Shown: positions 47,871 to 57,518 of the stretch, in pieces
Position numbering within the stretch: position 1 is the first letter of the stretch
Layout: each line of letters opens with the position of its first letter
Assembly (NCBI GenBank): GCA_963797095.1
Contig: CAWCNY010000002.1
Coordinates: forward strand, 224,001-288,000
Length of the DNA stretch: 64,000 nt
DNA from: an uncultured Chloroflexia bacterium
GTDB taxonomy: Bacteria > Chloroflexota > Chloroflexia > QHBQ01 > JADMIH01
Direction of reading: 5' to 3'
Notes under the pieces: generated by a model
Seen by the model: only the letters and a program-made list of their open reading frames with translations
The model's database searches: none
What the model was told of the DNA's origin: nothing
Translations under genes and position numbers: made by a program

Positions 47871-48015
47871 TAGGTTTTTGCACTAATGTTCCAAATTCAC
47901 ACACTAATTGTGTACTAAGGGACGGTTTTGGCGAGGAAAAAAGGGATAGTTGGGGAGGTGGACCTTTGTCGGGACGGGATGGTATCATGCTTTTGTTTAG
48001 AGCGAAGGTACACTT

Positions 48016-48774
48016 ATGACCAGACAATTTCGCTTGCCCGTGCTGCTCGGCTCCGCTTTGTTGGTGGTCGTCGTGGCGCTCGCCCTTTGGGCCATTCTCC
48101 TGGCTAACCGCGAGCCGGTAGACCTGGGATCAACTTCTGCAACGCCTACCGCACCTGCTTCAGAGACATCGTCGCCGACGGCGGTTGCCGGTTTCGCTAG
48201 CCCAACTGCTATCGCCACGCCGGATGCTTCCACATCTCCGGGTGAGAGGCCGCTGGCCCTCCCTGTACTCTCTGCGGGAGAGTCCTGCCCGATCAGCACA
48301 GGCAGCAAGAAAGCTATTCCCCCGGAATCGGAAGTCTTTTGTGCAGAGTGCTTCTGGTTCGGAAGCGGTCCGGTCTATTTCGCGATGACCTATAACAACG
48401 AGAGCGCGGAGGCCACGTTCAGCCTGGATGGGGTTCCGTACTCGGAGAACGCTTATCGAGCAAAGACGCCGTGGACCAGCGACCCCGATTATTCGGGACC
48501 AATAAGGATAAGAGGCGGGCAGCTGGACGGGACGAACGAGCAGAGGCCCAGCTTCTCGAATCAAGAAGAAACCCCGGCTGACGAGCTACTGCTCACGGGG
48601 TATGGTGGACCAAGCTCAACGCTCTGGCCTCTCTGGCGCTCGCTGATGTGGGTGCCCGGCCCAGGCTGCTACGGCGTGCAGATAGACACCGAGGACGGCA
48701 CCGATATTGTGATCTTCGAGGCTACCAGGAGCGCAGAGCCTGCTCCCACACCTGCATCGCCAACGTCTCAATAA
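48016..48774 (+). CDS. Membrane-anchored/secreted hypothetical protein
   Basis: N-terminal TM, S/T/P linker, GSGPVY..PGCYGVQID domain. Confidence 0.7.
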   Translation: MTRQFRLPVLLGSALLVVVVALALWAILLANREPVDLGSTSATPTAPASETSSPTAVAGFASPTAIATPDASTSPGERPLALPVLSAGESCPISTGSKKAIPPESEVFCAECFWFGSGPVYFAMTYNNESAEATFSLDGVPYSENAYRAKTPWTSDPDYSGPIRIRGGQLDGTNEQRPSFSNQEETPADELLLTGYGGPSSTLWPLWRSLMWVPGPGCYGVQIDTEDGTDIVIFEATRSAEPAPTPASPTSQ

Positions 48775-48921
48775 AACAGGGCTCGTTCTATATCTTCGCC
48801 TTTACTGGCACTCACATAGTACAGAGTACCCTGCTGACCGTTACCTATATCCTATTCCATGCTCGCACCCGCACCTTTACAATTATTACAGGGCTACTAA
48901 CTGCCCCTGGGAGGTTTTGCC

Positions 48922-49533
48922 ATGCGTGAGCTACTTGATATTATTCCATACCTCGATCTGACCATTGTTGTGCTGGTCCTGTTCTTCGTGTACCTGGGTT
49001 GGGTGCATGGCACACCGCGCCTTCTGATGGTTATCGGGTCGGTTTACACCGGATTCCTGCTGGCGGCGGTTTACTACCACCTTTTCGCCGTCACGCTTGC
49101 CAATTTCTTCAAGCTCAAGTCGATCTTCACAGCCGAGCTTATTTCGTTCCTCGTCCTGGATGTGCTGGTAACGGTGCTGATGATCGCTCTCCTGTTCAGC
49201 CTGTTCGGTCATATTGAGGTCAAGAACCGGATGGCAGTCTTCGATAAGATATTCGGCTCGCTGGTGGGCCTGTTCGCCGGTGTGCTGGTGGTGGGCATTT
49301 TGATCACCCTGTTGCGCGTACCCTACGAGGCAAACAAGCAGAAGTTGAACCCCGCCTCCGATATGCCCGTGGTCCAGCTTTTCAATCAGGGCTATGAGAA
49401 GTCAGTGCTCTCTCCCTACTTTGTGAAGGGGGCCCCATTCTTCCTCCAGACCCTCAAGCCCATGCTTCCCCCCCAGATACAGGAGAAAGGCGCGGTCCCC
49501 TTGCTGGAGAGCCTGTTAGTCCAACAACAGTAA
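48922..49533 (+). CDS. CvpA (colicin V production) family membrane protein
   Basis: LD..G..G, DKIFG..G, S.L.P pattern; four TM helices. Confidence 0.8.
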   Translation: MRELLDIIPYLDLTIVVLVLFFVYLGWVHGTPRLLMVIGSVYTGFLLAAVYYHLFAVTLANFFKLKSIFTAELISFLVLDVLVTVLMIALLFSLFGHIEVKNRMAVFDKIFGSLVGLFAGVLVVGILITLLRVPYEANKQKLNPASDMPVVQLFNQGYEKSVLSPYFVKGAPFFLQTLKPMLPPQIQEKGAVPLLESLLVQQQ

Positions 49534-49834
49534 CTGTCAAACAAATCATAAGCACGGGATCAGGTTCTAAAATAGAGAATGGGCGGCCAAACTGCCCATT
49601 CTCTCTATTTTAGAGCAATAATTTGAGCTCAGTATCTAGCCTGGGTTCGGGATTTGCACGTTTCTTTATGGAAACTATTGCCTGCAAAATGCGTAATAGT
49701 GTATTAAGGAGTAGCCGGTAACGCTTCAATAACATATCTTACATCTCCCATCGCTTTCCGCGCCTCTGTGTGGGCGTCTACCTGGCCCAATTCCTGCTAT
49801 TTACGAAACCAGAGCTTATGACAGGGAGGTAATC

Positions 49835-49981
49835 ATGGATAGCTCCGAACTATCGGGAGGCGGACTCGACTTCCAGAGAGCGCCGGGAGGGCGTAGAGGG
49901 TGCGGCTGTTGCGGCTTGTGGTTCACAGGTCTGCTTGCTCTACCCATGTTCGCGCTGGCAGCTTTGCTTATTGTTGCCTAG
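49835..49981 (+). CDS. 48-aa small membrane protein (GCGCCG + TM helix), missing from the ORF track
   Basis: Strong RBS AGGGAGGT; MDSSELSGGGLDFQRAPGGRRGCGCCGLWFTGLLALPMFALAALLIVA. Confidence 0.6.
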   Translation: MDSSELSGGGLDFQRAPGGRRGCGCCGLWFTGLLALPMFALAALLIVA

Positions 49982-50039
49982 CACATTCCTTCATCTCACA
50001 CAAGGTACGATCACATAAACACAAACAGGAGGCTTTCGC

Positions 50040-50330
50040 ATGGGAGATTGTTTAGGGATCATAGTTCTGTTCCTGATGCTGGCCGTGATAGGCTGGGTGA
50101 TGGATCTGATCATTCCGGGTAAGATGCCTTACGGCATAGTGGGCGGTATCGTCGCCGCCATAGCAGGTGGTCTGGTTGGCGGCTTCCTTTTCGAGTTTCT
50201 CAGCTTCGGCTGGTGGGCGCAGATCGGCAGCATACGCTTCTACTTCATCCCAGGCTTGCTGGGCGGCATAGTGCTCGCGATAGTAGTCCGCTTCGTAATG
50301 GGTATGTCGGCCAACAACCGGCGCTACTAA
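50040..50330 (+). CDS. GlsB/YeaQ/YmgE (transglycosylase-associated) membrane protein
   Basis: IGW..LIIPGK..G.VGG pattern; AGGAGG RBS. Confidence 0.8.
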   Translation: MGDCLGIIVLFLMLAVIGWVMDLIIPGKMPYGIVGGIVAAIAGGLVGGFLFEFLSFGWWAQIGSIRFYFIPGLLGGIVLAIVVRFVMGMSANNRRY

Positions 50331-50415
50331 CAACATAACCGGAATTGCTTGGTGGGGCGAGTTGGCGTTGCAACTTGCCCCTCGATTCATGATATACTAT
50401 CGACTGGTACTAATT

Positions 50416-50631
50416 ATGGAAACAGAACCAATTACCCCCAGGAAGCAAACCGATGGTAACTCTCTCACCATCATAGGTATGCTCCTGGGCGCAGCTATTG
50501 GAGCCTCTGTCGCTCTGGTTTATTCGCGTGGCACAGGCGCCCAAAACCGCCGCGCCCTCAATTTGTGGGCACACCATCGCCTGGACGATATTCAACACAA
50601 GGTCGAAGGTGCCGTAAAACGCGAACCGTAG
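50416..50631 (+). CDS. YtxH-like protein
   Basis: GMLLGAAIGASVALVY...G...R. Confidence 0.6.
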   Translation: METEPITPRKQTDGNSLTIIGMLLGAAIGASVALVYSRGTGAQNRRALNLWAHHRLDDIQHKVEGAVKREP

Positions 50632-50651
50632 AACGTGAAAGGTAGAGAGCC

Positions 50652-50828
50652 ATGCTTAGGGGATTACGCACAGGTATAAAATACTTCACGCTGGGCCTGC
50701 TCGCCGGTCTGGTGTTTGCGCCTCGCAAAGGGAGCGATACCTTCAAGCTCCTGATCGGTCGGGGTAAGGAGTACGCGCAGGAAAACCTCAACATCACCGA
50801 GAGCGCCCGCCGGGCCGGCGAGGAGTAA
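50652..50828 (+). CDS. 58-aa YtxH-like protein, missing from the ORF track
   Basis: FTLGLLAGLVFAPRKGSDT matches the YtxH G..LFAP.SG.ET pattern. Confidence 0.65.
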   Translation: MLRGLRTGIKYFTLGLLAGLVFAPRKGSDTFKLLIGRGKEYAQENLNITESARRAGEE

Positions 50829-50832
50829 GGCT

Positions 50833-51114
50833 GTGGTTGTTGATGTTGTTTGCTGGGTGATCATCGGCGTCCTCATCGGTTGGAACGCGCCCAGGCTTGT
50901 CGAGCAGTCGAGTTATACAGGTCGCGGCCCGCAGGGCGATTTCGGCTTCGCGCTCTTGGGGGCGCTCCTGGGCGGTATATTCGCCCGTCTTCTAGGAGTG
51001 GGAGGCCATGCCGCAGGCGATAACTTCACATGGCTCACCCTGATCGTCGCCGCGATTGGCGCAACCATAGCCCTCGGCCTGGCAAGAGCCACAGCCAAGC
51101 AGACGGCGCGCTAG
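50833..51114 (+). CDS. GlsB/YeaQ/YmgE family membrane protein
   Basis: WVIIGVLIGW.A..GALLGG..IVAAIGA. Confidence 0.75.
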   Translation: MVVDVVCWVIIGVLIGWNAPRLVEQSSYTGRGPQGDFGFALLGALLGGIFARLLGVGGHAAGDNFTWLTLIVAAIGATIALGLARATAKQTAR

Positions 51115-51192
51115 TTTGAAGTCCCTGGTTCTAATACGCCGCGATAGGAACCAGGAACCAGGAACCAGGAACTAAATTAAGGAGAGCACAGC

Positions 51193-51360
51193 ATGGGGCA
51201 GGTCAACATGGACGACAGCGGGGGCAGCGCGGCGGCTATCGTGTTGGTTGTGGTGGTGCTACTTGTGCTGGTGCTGCTTGTCTTATGGCTCGCAGGTGTG
51301 TTTGAGCCAAAGCCTCCCGAGGATAATACGAACGGTCTCCTATCTCTCCTCGCGCTCTAA
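51193..51360 (+). CDS. 55-aa single-TM small protein, missing from the ORF track
   Basis: AAGGAG RBS; GGSAAAIVLVVVVLLVLVLLVLWLAGVF. Confidence 0.6.
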   Translation: MGQVNMDDSGGSAAAIVLVVVVLLVLVLLVLWLAGVFEPKPPEDNTNGLLSLLAL

Positions 51361-51451
51361 GCCTGTCTCCTGACCTCGATAGACGCAGCCTCCGGCCTGC
51401 CTTCACTTTGGCCAACCCAATAACCGAGCCATATACTGAACAGGGGGCACT

Positions 51452-52177
51452 ATGATCCCACTTGGTGATGAAGGTACTCCTCCTCAACGCGGTTTGCCTG
51501 TGGTAAACCTCACTATCATCGCGCTCAATATCGTTATGTATCTTGTTCAGGTAGTGTTGGGCGATTCTTTCACAAACGGTTGGAGCCTGGTGCCGCAAGA
51601 GATCACCACAGGCCATGACCTGATAGGCACTTTTCCCGTACCAGGCTTCGACGACCAGATAACCCTTACCGCCGCTCCACTGGGCATAGTCTACCTGACA
51701 CTACTTACCTCCATGTTCATGCACGGCGGGCTTTTACATATAGGGTCGAACATGCTCTTCCTGTTCATCTTCGGTGATAACGTCGAGGATAACTTCGGCT
51801 CTTTCAAGTATCTCCTTTTCTACCTCGCATGCGGCTTTGGGGCCAGCTTTGCCCAGATTTACCTGGGCGGCCCCGACTTAGTCATACCCAACCTGGGAGC
51901 ATCAGGGGCTATTGCGGGAGTGCTCGCGGCTTACCTGGTGCTGTTCCGGCAGGCCCGCATCCGCGTCCTGATTCCGCTAGGATATTTCTTTACCGTAGGC
52001 TCGGTCCCCGCGATTGTCATGATACTTATCTGGATAGGCATACAACTTCTAAGCATCTTCGTGCTTGAGGAGCAAACGGCAGGCGGAGGCGTGGCCTACT
52101 GGGCGCACGTGGGCGGCTTCATAACGGGGTTGCTTCTGGTGTTCCTGCTAAGGGACACGCAAAGGGACATGGCTTGA
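51452..52177 (+). CDS. Rhomboid intramembrane serine protease
   Basis: MFMHGG..H..NM, GASGAI, AHVGG. Confidence 0.95.
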   Translation: MIPLGDEGTPPQRGLPVVNLTIIALNIVMYLVQVVLGDSFTNGWSLVPQEITTGHDLIGTFPVPGFDDQITLTAAPLGIVYLTLLTSMFMHGGLLHIGSNMLFLFIFGDNVEDNFGSFKYLLFYLACGFGASFAQIYLGGPDLVIPNLGASGAIAGVLAAYLVLFRQARIRVLIPLGYFFTVGSVPAIVMILIWIGIQLLSIFVLEEQTAGGGVAYWAHVGGFITGLLLVFLLRDTQRDMA

Positions 52178-52220
52178 CGAGTGACGAGTGACGAATAGCT
52201 ATTGCATATTCCTTCACTCG

Positions 52221-54512
52221 TCATTTACTTATTCCAAGGAACAGCACCGTGTGGTTGCGGCTTAGCTGGCCGCTCTTGGCCGATTGTGTGGCCGATCCCA
52301 CCAGCAGATATTTGAGCGGGCGCACAAACGGGGCCACCGTTTGATCGTAATCCGACTTAGTTTCGTCCCCCATGGTGTCGAGGAAATCGCTTTCCAGGTA
52401 CTCGCGCAAACCGGTGAGGTCCACGTAGGCTATCGCGTTGCTGTCTCTCGCCAGGTGCGCTTTTGCGCTGTTCCATTGGCTTGATGTGCCGAAACCCTTG
52501 CCCACGTTGTCTATCGTCGCTTGCAAGTCTGCGTGGGCTGCCTGACCGTTCGTATCGAAAATGAACCAGAAGCGGTCCTGGGCCACACCGAGCAGCACTC
52601 CACTGTTCGGGTCGCCATAAAACGTTTCGCCCGCCAACTGCACTTCAGTAGCGTTCGCATCTGGGTTGCTTTGCGGCGATAGCGCTTTGTCTAGCATGCT
52701 CTTCATCTTGTCGGGTTCGCTCAGTTTCAACTCGAAGATCACTGAGGGCGAAGCCTGCTCTCCTTGCCCATTGAGCGACACGCTCAACGCGTAATCCCCA
52801 CCCAGCAGCGGCAGCAAGTCTTGCTCAATATTCACCTTGGTGGCATCCTCTATAGACTTGATCTGCTCGTCTATCTCGTTGCCTACATCATTATTGTCGC
52901 GCAGGTTCTTGAGCACCCCTTCCAGGATTGTTTTGAGGTCTGTGCCCGCGAAGAACGCCAGCGCGCCGGACGGCACATCGTTTAAGATCGACTCGTCAGG
53001 CCGGGCATCCGGGTTCACCTGCAACGAGGTGCCCATCAGGCTCAGGTCGGTCTCAGATGCGACATCCAGTTGTAACCCATCATCCGTTGCGCTCAACGTG
53101 AACAACATAGAGCCGCTGACGTTCTGCACAGTCTGCTGTTCCATCACTTCGGGGTCGGCAAGCTGTGCCTGCTTGTAAATCTCCGTCAGGTTCATATAAA
53201 GCGCAGCGATCCGATCCTGCGGCACCTGCCCCGACAGCGCCTTGAACGTTTCATCGTCCTTCAATGTCTTGTTGTCGCGGAAGTCGTCTATCAATACCTT
53301 CAACGGGTCAACCTTCGCACCTACTATGGCGGTGGACGAGCCATCGAGGAGCGCGAAAAATATCTCGTTGGTGTTCGTAATGAACTTATGGATATCAACA
53401 TCCCGGTATGTCTCCACAAGCTCAGCCTTGCCGATATTATCCGCTTGCTGCTTGAGGTCCGAGATAGGGCCCTTCTTGTTGAGCGGGTTGAAGTCCAGGT
53501 CTACGATCCCTACCACGTTCTTACTGATCACGTCACCCGCTACGCTCTCCATGTCGCCGTTGTTAGCTGCGTCCTGGATCCGCTGGAGGTCATCGCTGCT
53601 TGGCGCGAGCACGGCAAGTGTTACGCTGTTTCCCAGGTAAGTAGCCAGGGTGTCGAGGCTACCTGCCGTTGGCGTGGCTCCATACTGGCTGTTGTTGCCG
53701 CTGTTGTTGCCGCTACCGTTGTCGCCGAGCGCGGAAGTGACCTGGCCTGTGATCTTATCCCAGGCCTCTTTGAAGCCGGGCTGAGACTGGAACGCCTCGC
53801 CTATCCTGTCCATCGCGGCCTTTTGCTGACCTTCCAGCACCGGGTCGAACGAGAAATAGCCTAGCGTATTGGCGGGCAGCAGCCTCTCTACTGCCACCGC
53901 CGGGCGGCCAAAGACATTCTGCCACAGGTAAAGCGCCACACCTGCGATCACGATCAGTAAGATCACGGCCAGGATGCCCGCTATGAGAGGGGCGCGGCTG
54001 CGCGGCCTGGGTGGCCTGGATGGTTCAGTCTGGGTTGTTATTGCAGGCACCTGTGCCGCCGACTGCCCGTAGTCGCCTGCCTGGTTATATTGTGGCGGGT
54101 AGGCAGGCGTGGGCTGGGTGGGCGGTTGGGCAGAATAGCTGTATGGTTGTGTAGGAGCCTGCGAGGCCCCATATTCAAAAGGTGGTGCAGGCGGCGCAGG
54201 CGCTGTATAGCCCTGCGGTGGGGTGCCGGCGAAGGAGGCGGTGGGCGGCTGGTACGTGGCTTGCTGAGGCTGTTCAGCAGAATGATGAGGTGGGGTAGGC
54301 TCCTGGGCCTGGAAAGGAGCGCGAAAAGTGTCCACATCCTCCACAGGCAGGTCGGGGGCAGGCCCAAGCGGCCCGGTAATAGGCGCACGCGCCTGCGAGA
54401 ATTGCCTGAAAGGCTGCTCCGAAGGCTCATCCGCCTGCTGATCGTAGGCGATAGGCTCTCCTGTGTTTGGGTCGAACTTCCACTGAGACTTTTCGGGGCT
54501 GCCACTACTCAC
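52221..54512 (-). CDS. DUF3352-like membrane-anchored protein
   Basis: Pro/Gln-rich N-terminus, TM helix, LLPANT..Y and D..F....VP..Y.NL repeats. Confidence 0.7.
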   Translation of the reverse strand: MSSGSPEKSQWKFDPNTGEPIAYDQQADEPSEQPFRQFSQARAPITGPLGPAPDLPVEDVDTFRAPFQAQEPTPPHHSAEQPQQATYQPPTASFAGTPPQGYTAPAPPAPPFEYGASQAPTQPYSYSAQPPTQPTPAYPPQYNQAGDYGQSAAQVPAITTQTEPSRPPRPRSRAPLIAGILAVILLIVIAGVALYLWQNVFGRPAVAVERLLPANTLGYFSFDPVLEGQQKAAMDRIGEAFQSQPGFKEAWDKITGQVTSALGDNGSGNNSGNNSQYGATPTAGSLDTLATYLGNSVTLAVLAPSSDDLQRIQDAANNGDMESVAGDVISKNVVGIVDLDFNPLNKKGPISDLKQQADNIGKAELVETYRDVDIHKFITNTNEIFFALLDGSSTAIVGAKVDPLKVLIDDFRDNKTLKDDETFKALSGQVPQDRIAALYMNLTEIYKQAQLADPEVMEQQTVQNVSGSMLFTLSATDDGLQLDVASETDLSLMGTSLQVNPDARPDESILNDVPSGALAFFAGTDLKTILEGVLKNLRDNNDVGNEIDEQIKSIEDATKVNIEQDLLPLLGGDYALSVSLNGQGEQASPSVIFELKLSEPDKMKSMLDKALSPQSNPDANATEVQLAGETFYGDPNSGVLLGVAQDRFWFIFDTNGQAAHADLQATIDNVGKGFGTSSQWNSAKAHLARDSNAIAYVDLTGLREYLESDFLDTMGDETKSDYDQTVAPFVRPLKYLLVGSATQSAKSGQLSRNHTVLFLGISK

Positions 54513-54650
54513 GGTTTGTCCCTCCTATTAGTCCGATCGCGCCCGATACAGATAACCGGGCTGCACATACGCAACTTTTCGCTCCTATGAAACGAATATA
54601 CCAAATGGACAAGGGCTGTACAATAATACCACCAGATTAGAGGGTACCTA

Positions 54651-55706
54651 ATGCGTAATCCACCAAAGGGCGGGCAGGCACCGCCCACATCGGCCAGACT
54701 CCCTATTGTTCTCGACGACCTTCGCGCCATTATGCGCCAGTTGAACTGGGAAGGTCTTCGTGATGACGTGCGCCGCGAGGCCGCCGCTCGCCTTGCTATT
54801 GTCGGCCCCGTCAATGCGGGCAAATCGACCCTGTTCAACACGCTCGAAGGCAAAGATATCGCCCAGGTTAGCCCACTCCCCGGCACCACTAAAGCATCTC
54901 AACATCGCGAGTTCGGCCCCTTTACTCTCATTGACACTCCCGGTTTCGGAGAGGTTGGCGGGGTTGACCGCGCCGGTATCGCCGCCAAGAGCGCCTCCCA
55001 GGCCGACGCCATCCTGCTCCTGCTGGACGCGGGCGCCGGCCTTCGCCAGGGCGATGCCGACCTCCTTCAATACCTGCAAAGTTTGCGCAGGCCCGTTGTG
55101 GTGGTCCTCAACAAGATCGATCTGCTGGGGCGTAACTACGACCAGGTTGTAGACGACGCATCGACCCGCCTGGGCCTGCCTGTGATCCCCATTTCGGCCA
55201 AGAAAGGCACCAACGTGGCCGAGAAACTGGTACCTGCCCTGGTCGATGTGCTGCCCGATCTGGCGGTTGCCCTGGGCCGCGAGCTTCCGCCGTTGCGCCG
55301 CTCGATGGCGAATAAAGTGATTCGACAATCGGCCATCCTCAACACAGCAGCGGGAGCCGAGCCTATCCCCTTCATCGATATCCCCGTCTTGCTCACCACC
55401 CAGGGCCGCATGGTGCTCAAGATCGCCGCCATCTACGGCGAACCTTTCACCGCCCGCCACGCCAAAGAGCTGATCGGTACTATCGCCGGTGGGCTTGCAT
55501 TCCGCTATCTGGCCCAGCAAGGAGCCAAATTGGTTCCCGCGGGTGGTTGGGCTGTGGCCGCCGGTATCGCCGCCGTGGGCACCTGGGCTATCGGCCAGGT
55601 CGCCATCGAATACTTCGAGAGTGGCAAGCGCCTCACCCGCCAGCAGATGCGCGACATGTACAAGAACAGCCTCAAGCGCGACCGGCATACCTTCGAGAAG
55701 GAATAA
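54651..55706 (+). CDS. Era-like GTPase fused to a DUF697/YcjF-like domain
   Basis: GPVNAGKS, DTPG, NKID, SAK; PIPFID..Q..M..IA.IYG. Confidence 0.85.
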   Translation: MRNPPKGGQAPPTSARLPIVLDDLRAIMRQLNWEGLRDDVRREAAARLAIVGPVNAGKSTLFNTLEGKDIAQVSPLPGTTKASQHREFGPFTLIDTPGFGEVGGVDRAGIAAKSASQADAILLLLDAGAGLRQGDADLLQYLQSLRRPVVVVLNKIDLLGRNYDQVVDDASTRLGLPVIPISAKKGTNVAEKLVPALVDVLPDLAVALGRELPPLRRSMANKVIRQSAILNTAAGAEPIPFIDIPVLLTTQGRMVLKIAAIYGEPFTARHAKELIGTIAGGLAFRYLAQQGAKLVPAGGWAVAAGIAAVGTWAIGQVAIEYFESGKRLTRQQMRDMYKNSLKRDRHTFEKE

Positions 55707-55713
55707 AGGACTA

Positions 55714-55752
55714 GAAGAAAGGGGCAGGCTCCCACGTGCCTGCCCCTTTCCT
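55714..55752. terminator. Bidirectional terminator
   Basis: GAAAGGGGCAGGC..GCCTGCCCCTTTC between convergent genes. Confidence 0.7.
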
Positions 55753-55762
55753 TCTTTCACGA

Positions 55763-56206
55763 TTATCTGTCGTGTTCAGGCAATTTCCCCGAATTGAGCT
55801 TATCCGAAGTGAGCCTGCCTGAATTGAGCTTTCCAGAGTCCAGGTTGCTGCTGTTGAGCTTGCCTGAAATGAGGAGGCGTGTGGTCAATGGGCCCGTCCC
55901 TTTAAGAGGACCTGCGCCGTTTGCTCCGTTCAGGAAATCGGTGTTCCCTGCAGGGATGCCATCGGTGGTCAGCCTGTAATGAACGTGGGGCATTTGTGTC
56001 GTGTGGTCAAGGGTCCTTTTGCTCTTCAAGCCCCAGTGCTCAAGCACGACCGAAAGCGTCTCTACCCACCATTCTGTGTCGAACACGGCGTTGCCCGCAT
56101 TCTTTATAGCCATGTTCATGGCGTCCTGGTCAACCGTCAGAATAACACCTGCGTTTGATTGGCCTCTGTAGTGTCCGTCGATTTGGCTCCAAAGTATACG
56201 GCTCAT
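55763..56206 (-). CDS. Hypothetical protein with C-terminal SGKLN pentapeptide-like repeats
   Basis: Probable start MSRILW; SGKLN/SGRLT/SDKLN repeats. Confidence 0.6.
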   Translation of the reverse strand: MSRILWSQIDGHYRGQSNAGVILTVDQDAMNMAIKNAGNAVFDTEWWVETLSVVLEHWGLKSKRTLDHTTQMPHVHYRLTTDGIPAGNTDFLNGANGAGPLKGTGPLTTRLLISGKLNSSNLDSGKLNSGRLTSDKLNSGKLPEHDR

Positions 56207-56429
56207 GCCTAAACCCCCGTTCTCGCGCCCGCGTCTGATGCGCCGCCGTTTACACGAATTATACCATCGAATCTGCGCATTACTACCAGCCATTGATCCC
56301 GTCGGGTAGTAGCCCATTCTTCCTATAAATAGTCCTATTCGGTGGTACCATGAAGCTACATCCGTGGAAGGTTGCCCGTTGACTGTCCGGCTGTTAGAAT
56401 CTATCTCAGAATAGAGAGGTGACACATAT

Positions 56430-57518
56430 ATGATCAATGCGGTTGTGATGCCCGCGCCTTATGCGCCCCTGCAATCTCGCTCGTATGACGAGCCTGAGCT
56501 AGAACCCGGCTCGGTGCTACTGCGCACCCTCGGCAGCGAAGTATGCGGCACTGATGTACACCTGTGGCACGGGCGGTTGGCGGGCGTGCCCTACCCGATC
56601 ATCCCCGGCCACGTGAGCGTTGGTGAGGTGGCAGGTATTGGTGGTAGTGCATCGGATGTGGATGGTCGTCCTCTTGCTGTCGGTGACTTCGTGACGTTCC
56701 TCGATGTGTACGGCTCGTGCGGGCGCTGCTGGTATTGCACTGTGGCCCACGCCACCACCCGCTGCCCGCACAGGCGGGTGTACGGCATCACCCTGTCGGC
56801 TGATGAGGGCCTTCTGGGCGGGTGGGGCGAATACATCTACCTGCGGCCAGGGGTGCATATAGTATCCCTTCCTGCGGGTCTGCCCTGGCAGACATTCCTC
56901 GCGGCCGGGTGTGGGTTGCCCACCGCGCTCCACGCCGTCGAGCGCGCCGAGGTGCATTTCGGCGATACGGTGGTTGTGCAGGGGAGCGGTCCGGTAGGAT
57001 TGAGCGCGGCGATCCTGGCGCAGCTACGCGGCGCTGGCAAAGTAATCGTGGTGGGCGGGCCGCCGCTGCGCCTTGATATGGCTACCCGCGCAGGGGCAGA
57101 CGAGGTGCTGGACGTTGGCACTATGGATGCCCCTGCGCGCCTCGAAGCGGTGCGAGAGATGTCGGGCGGGCGCGGTGCCGATGTGACGATTGAGGCGACC
57201 GGGGTGGCTGCCGCCGTGCCCGAAGGGATGAGGATGACCCGTGACTCAGGGCGCTACGTAGTGGTTGGGCAGTACACGGACGCCGGACCTGTCGAGTTCA
57301 ACCCGCACCTCGACCTGAACAAGAAGCACCTGGATGTGCGCGGATGCTGGGGTAGCGATGTGAGCCATGTCTACCGGGCTGTGCAGGTGCTCGCCCGCTA
57401 TCACACTCGCTTCCCGTGGAGCGAGTTCGTCAGCGGGCACTATTCACTCGACCGGGCGCAGGAAGCCCTCGAAGACGTGGAGGCGCAGAGGGTGGTGAAG
57501 GCTCTTATAGTGCCCTGA
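56430..57518 (+). CDS. Zn-dependent medium-chain dehydrogenase
   Basis: CGTD, GH, CGRCWYC..C structural Zn site, GSGPVG. Confidence 0.9.
   Translation: MINAVVMPAPYAPLQSRSYDEPELEPGSVLLRTLGSEVCGTDVHLWHGRLAGVPYPIIPGHVSVGEVAGIGGSASDVDGRPLAVGDFVTFLDVYGSCGRCWYCTVAHATTRCPHRRVYGITLSADEGLLGGWGEYIYLRPGVHIVSLPAGLPWQTFLAAGCGLPTALHAVERAEVHFGDTVVVQGSGPVGLSAAILAQLRGAGKVIVVGGPPLRLDMATRAGADEVLDVGTMDAPARLEAVREMSGGRGADVTIEATGVAAAVPEGMRMTRDSGRYVVVGQYTDAGPVEFNPHLDLNKKHLDVRGCWGSDVSHVYRAVQVLARYHTRFPWSEFVSGHYSLDRAQEALEDVEAQRVVKALIVP

Noticed and set aside
49595-49625. TTTTAGAGC resembling a type II CRISPR repeat or tracrRNA
   Set aside because: Single occurrence that forms one arm of a local hairpin; no array or cas9.
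54648-55760. Long antisense ORFs (also 12654-13601, 47011-47730, 60062-61087)
   Set aside because: They overlap well-supported genes on the opposite strand and are typical GC-rich shadows without motifs.
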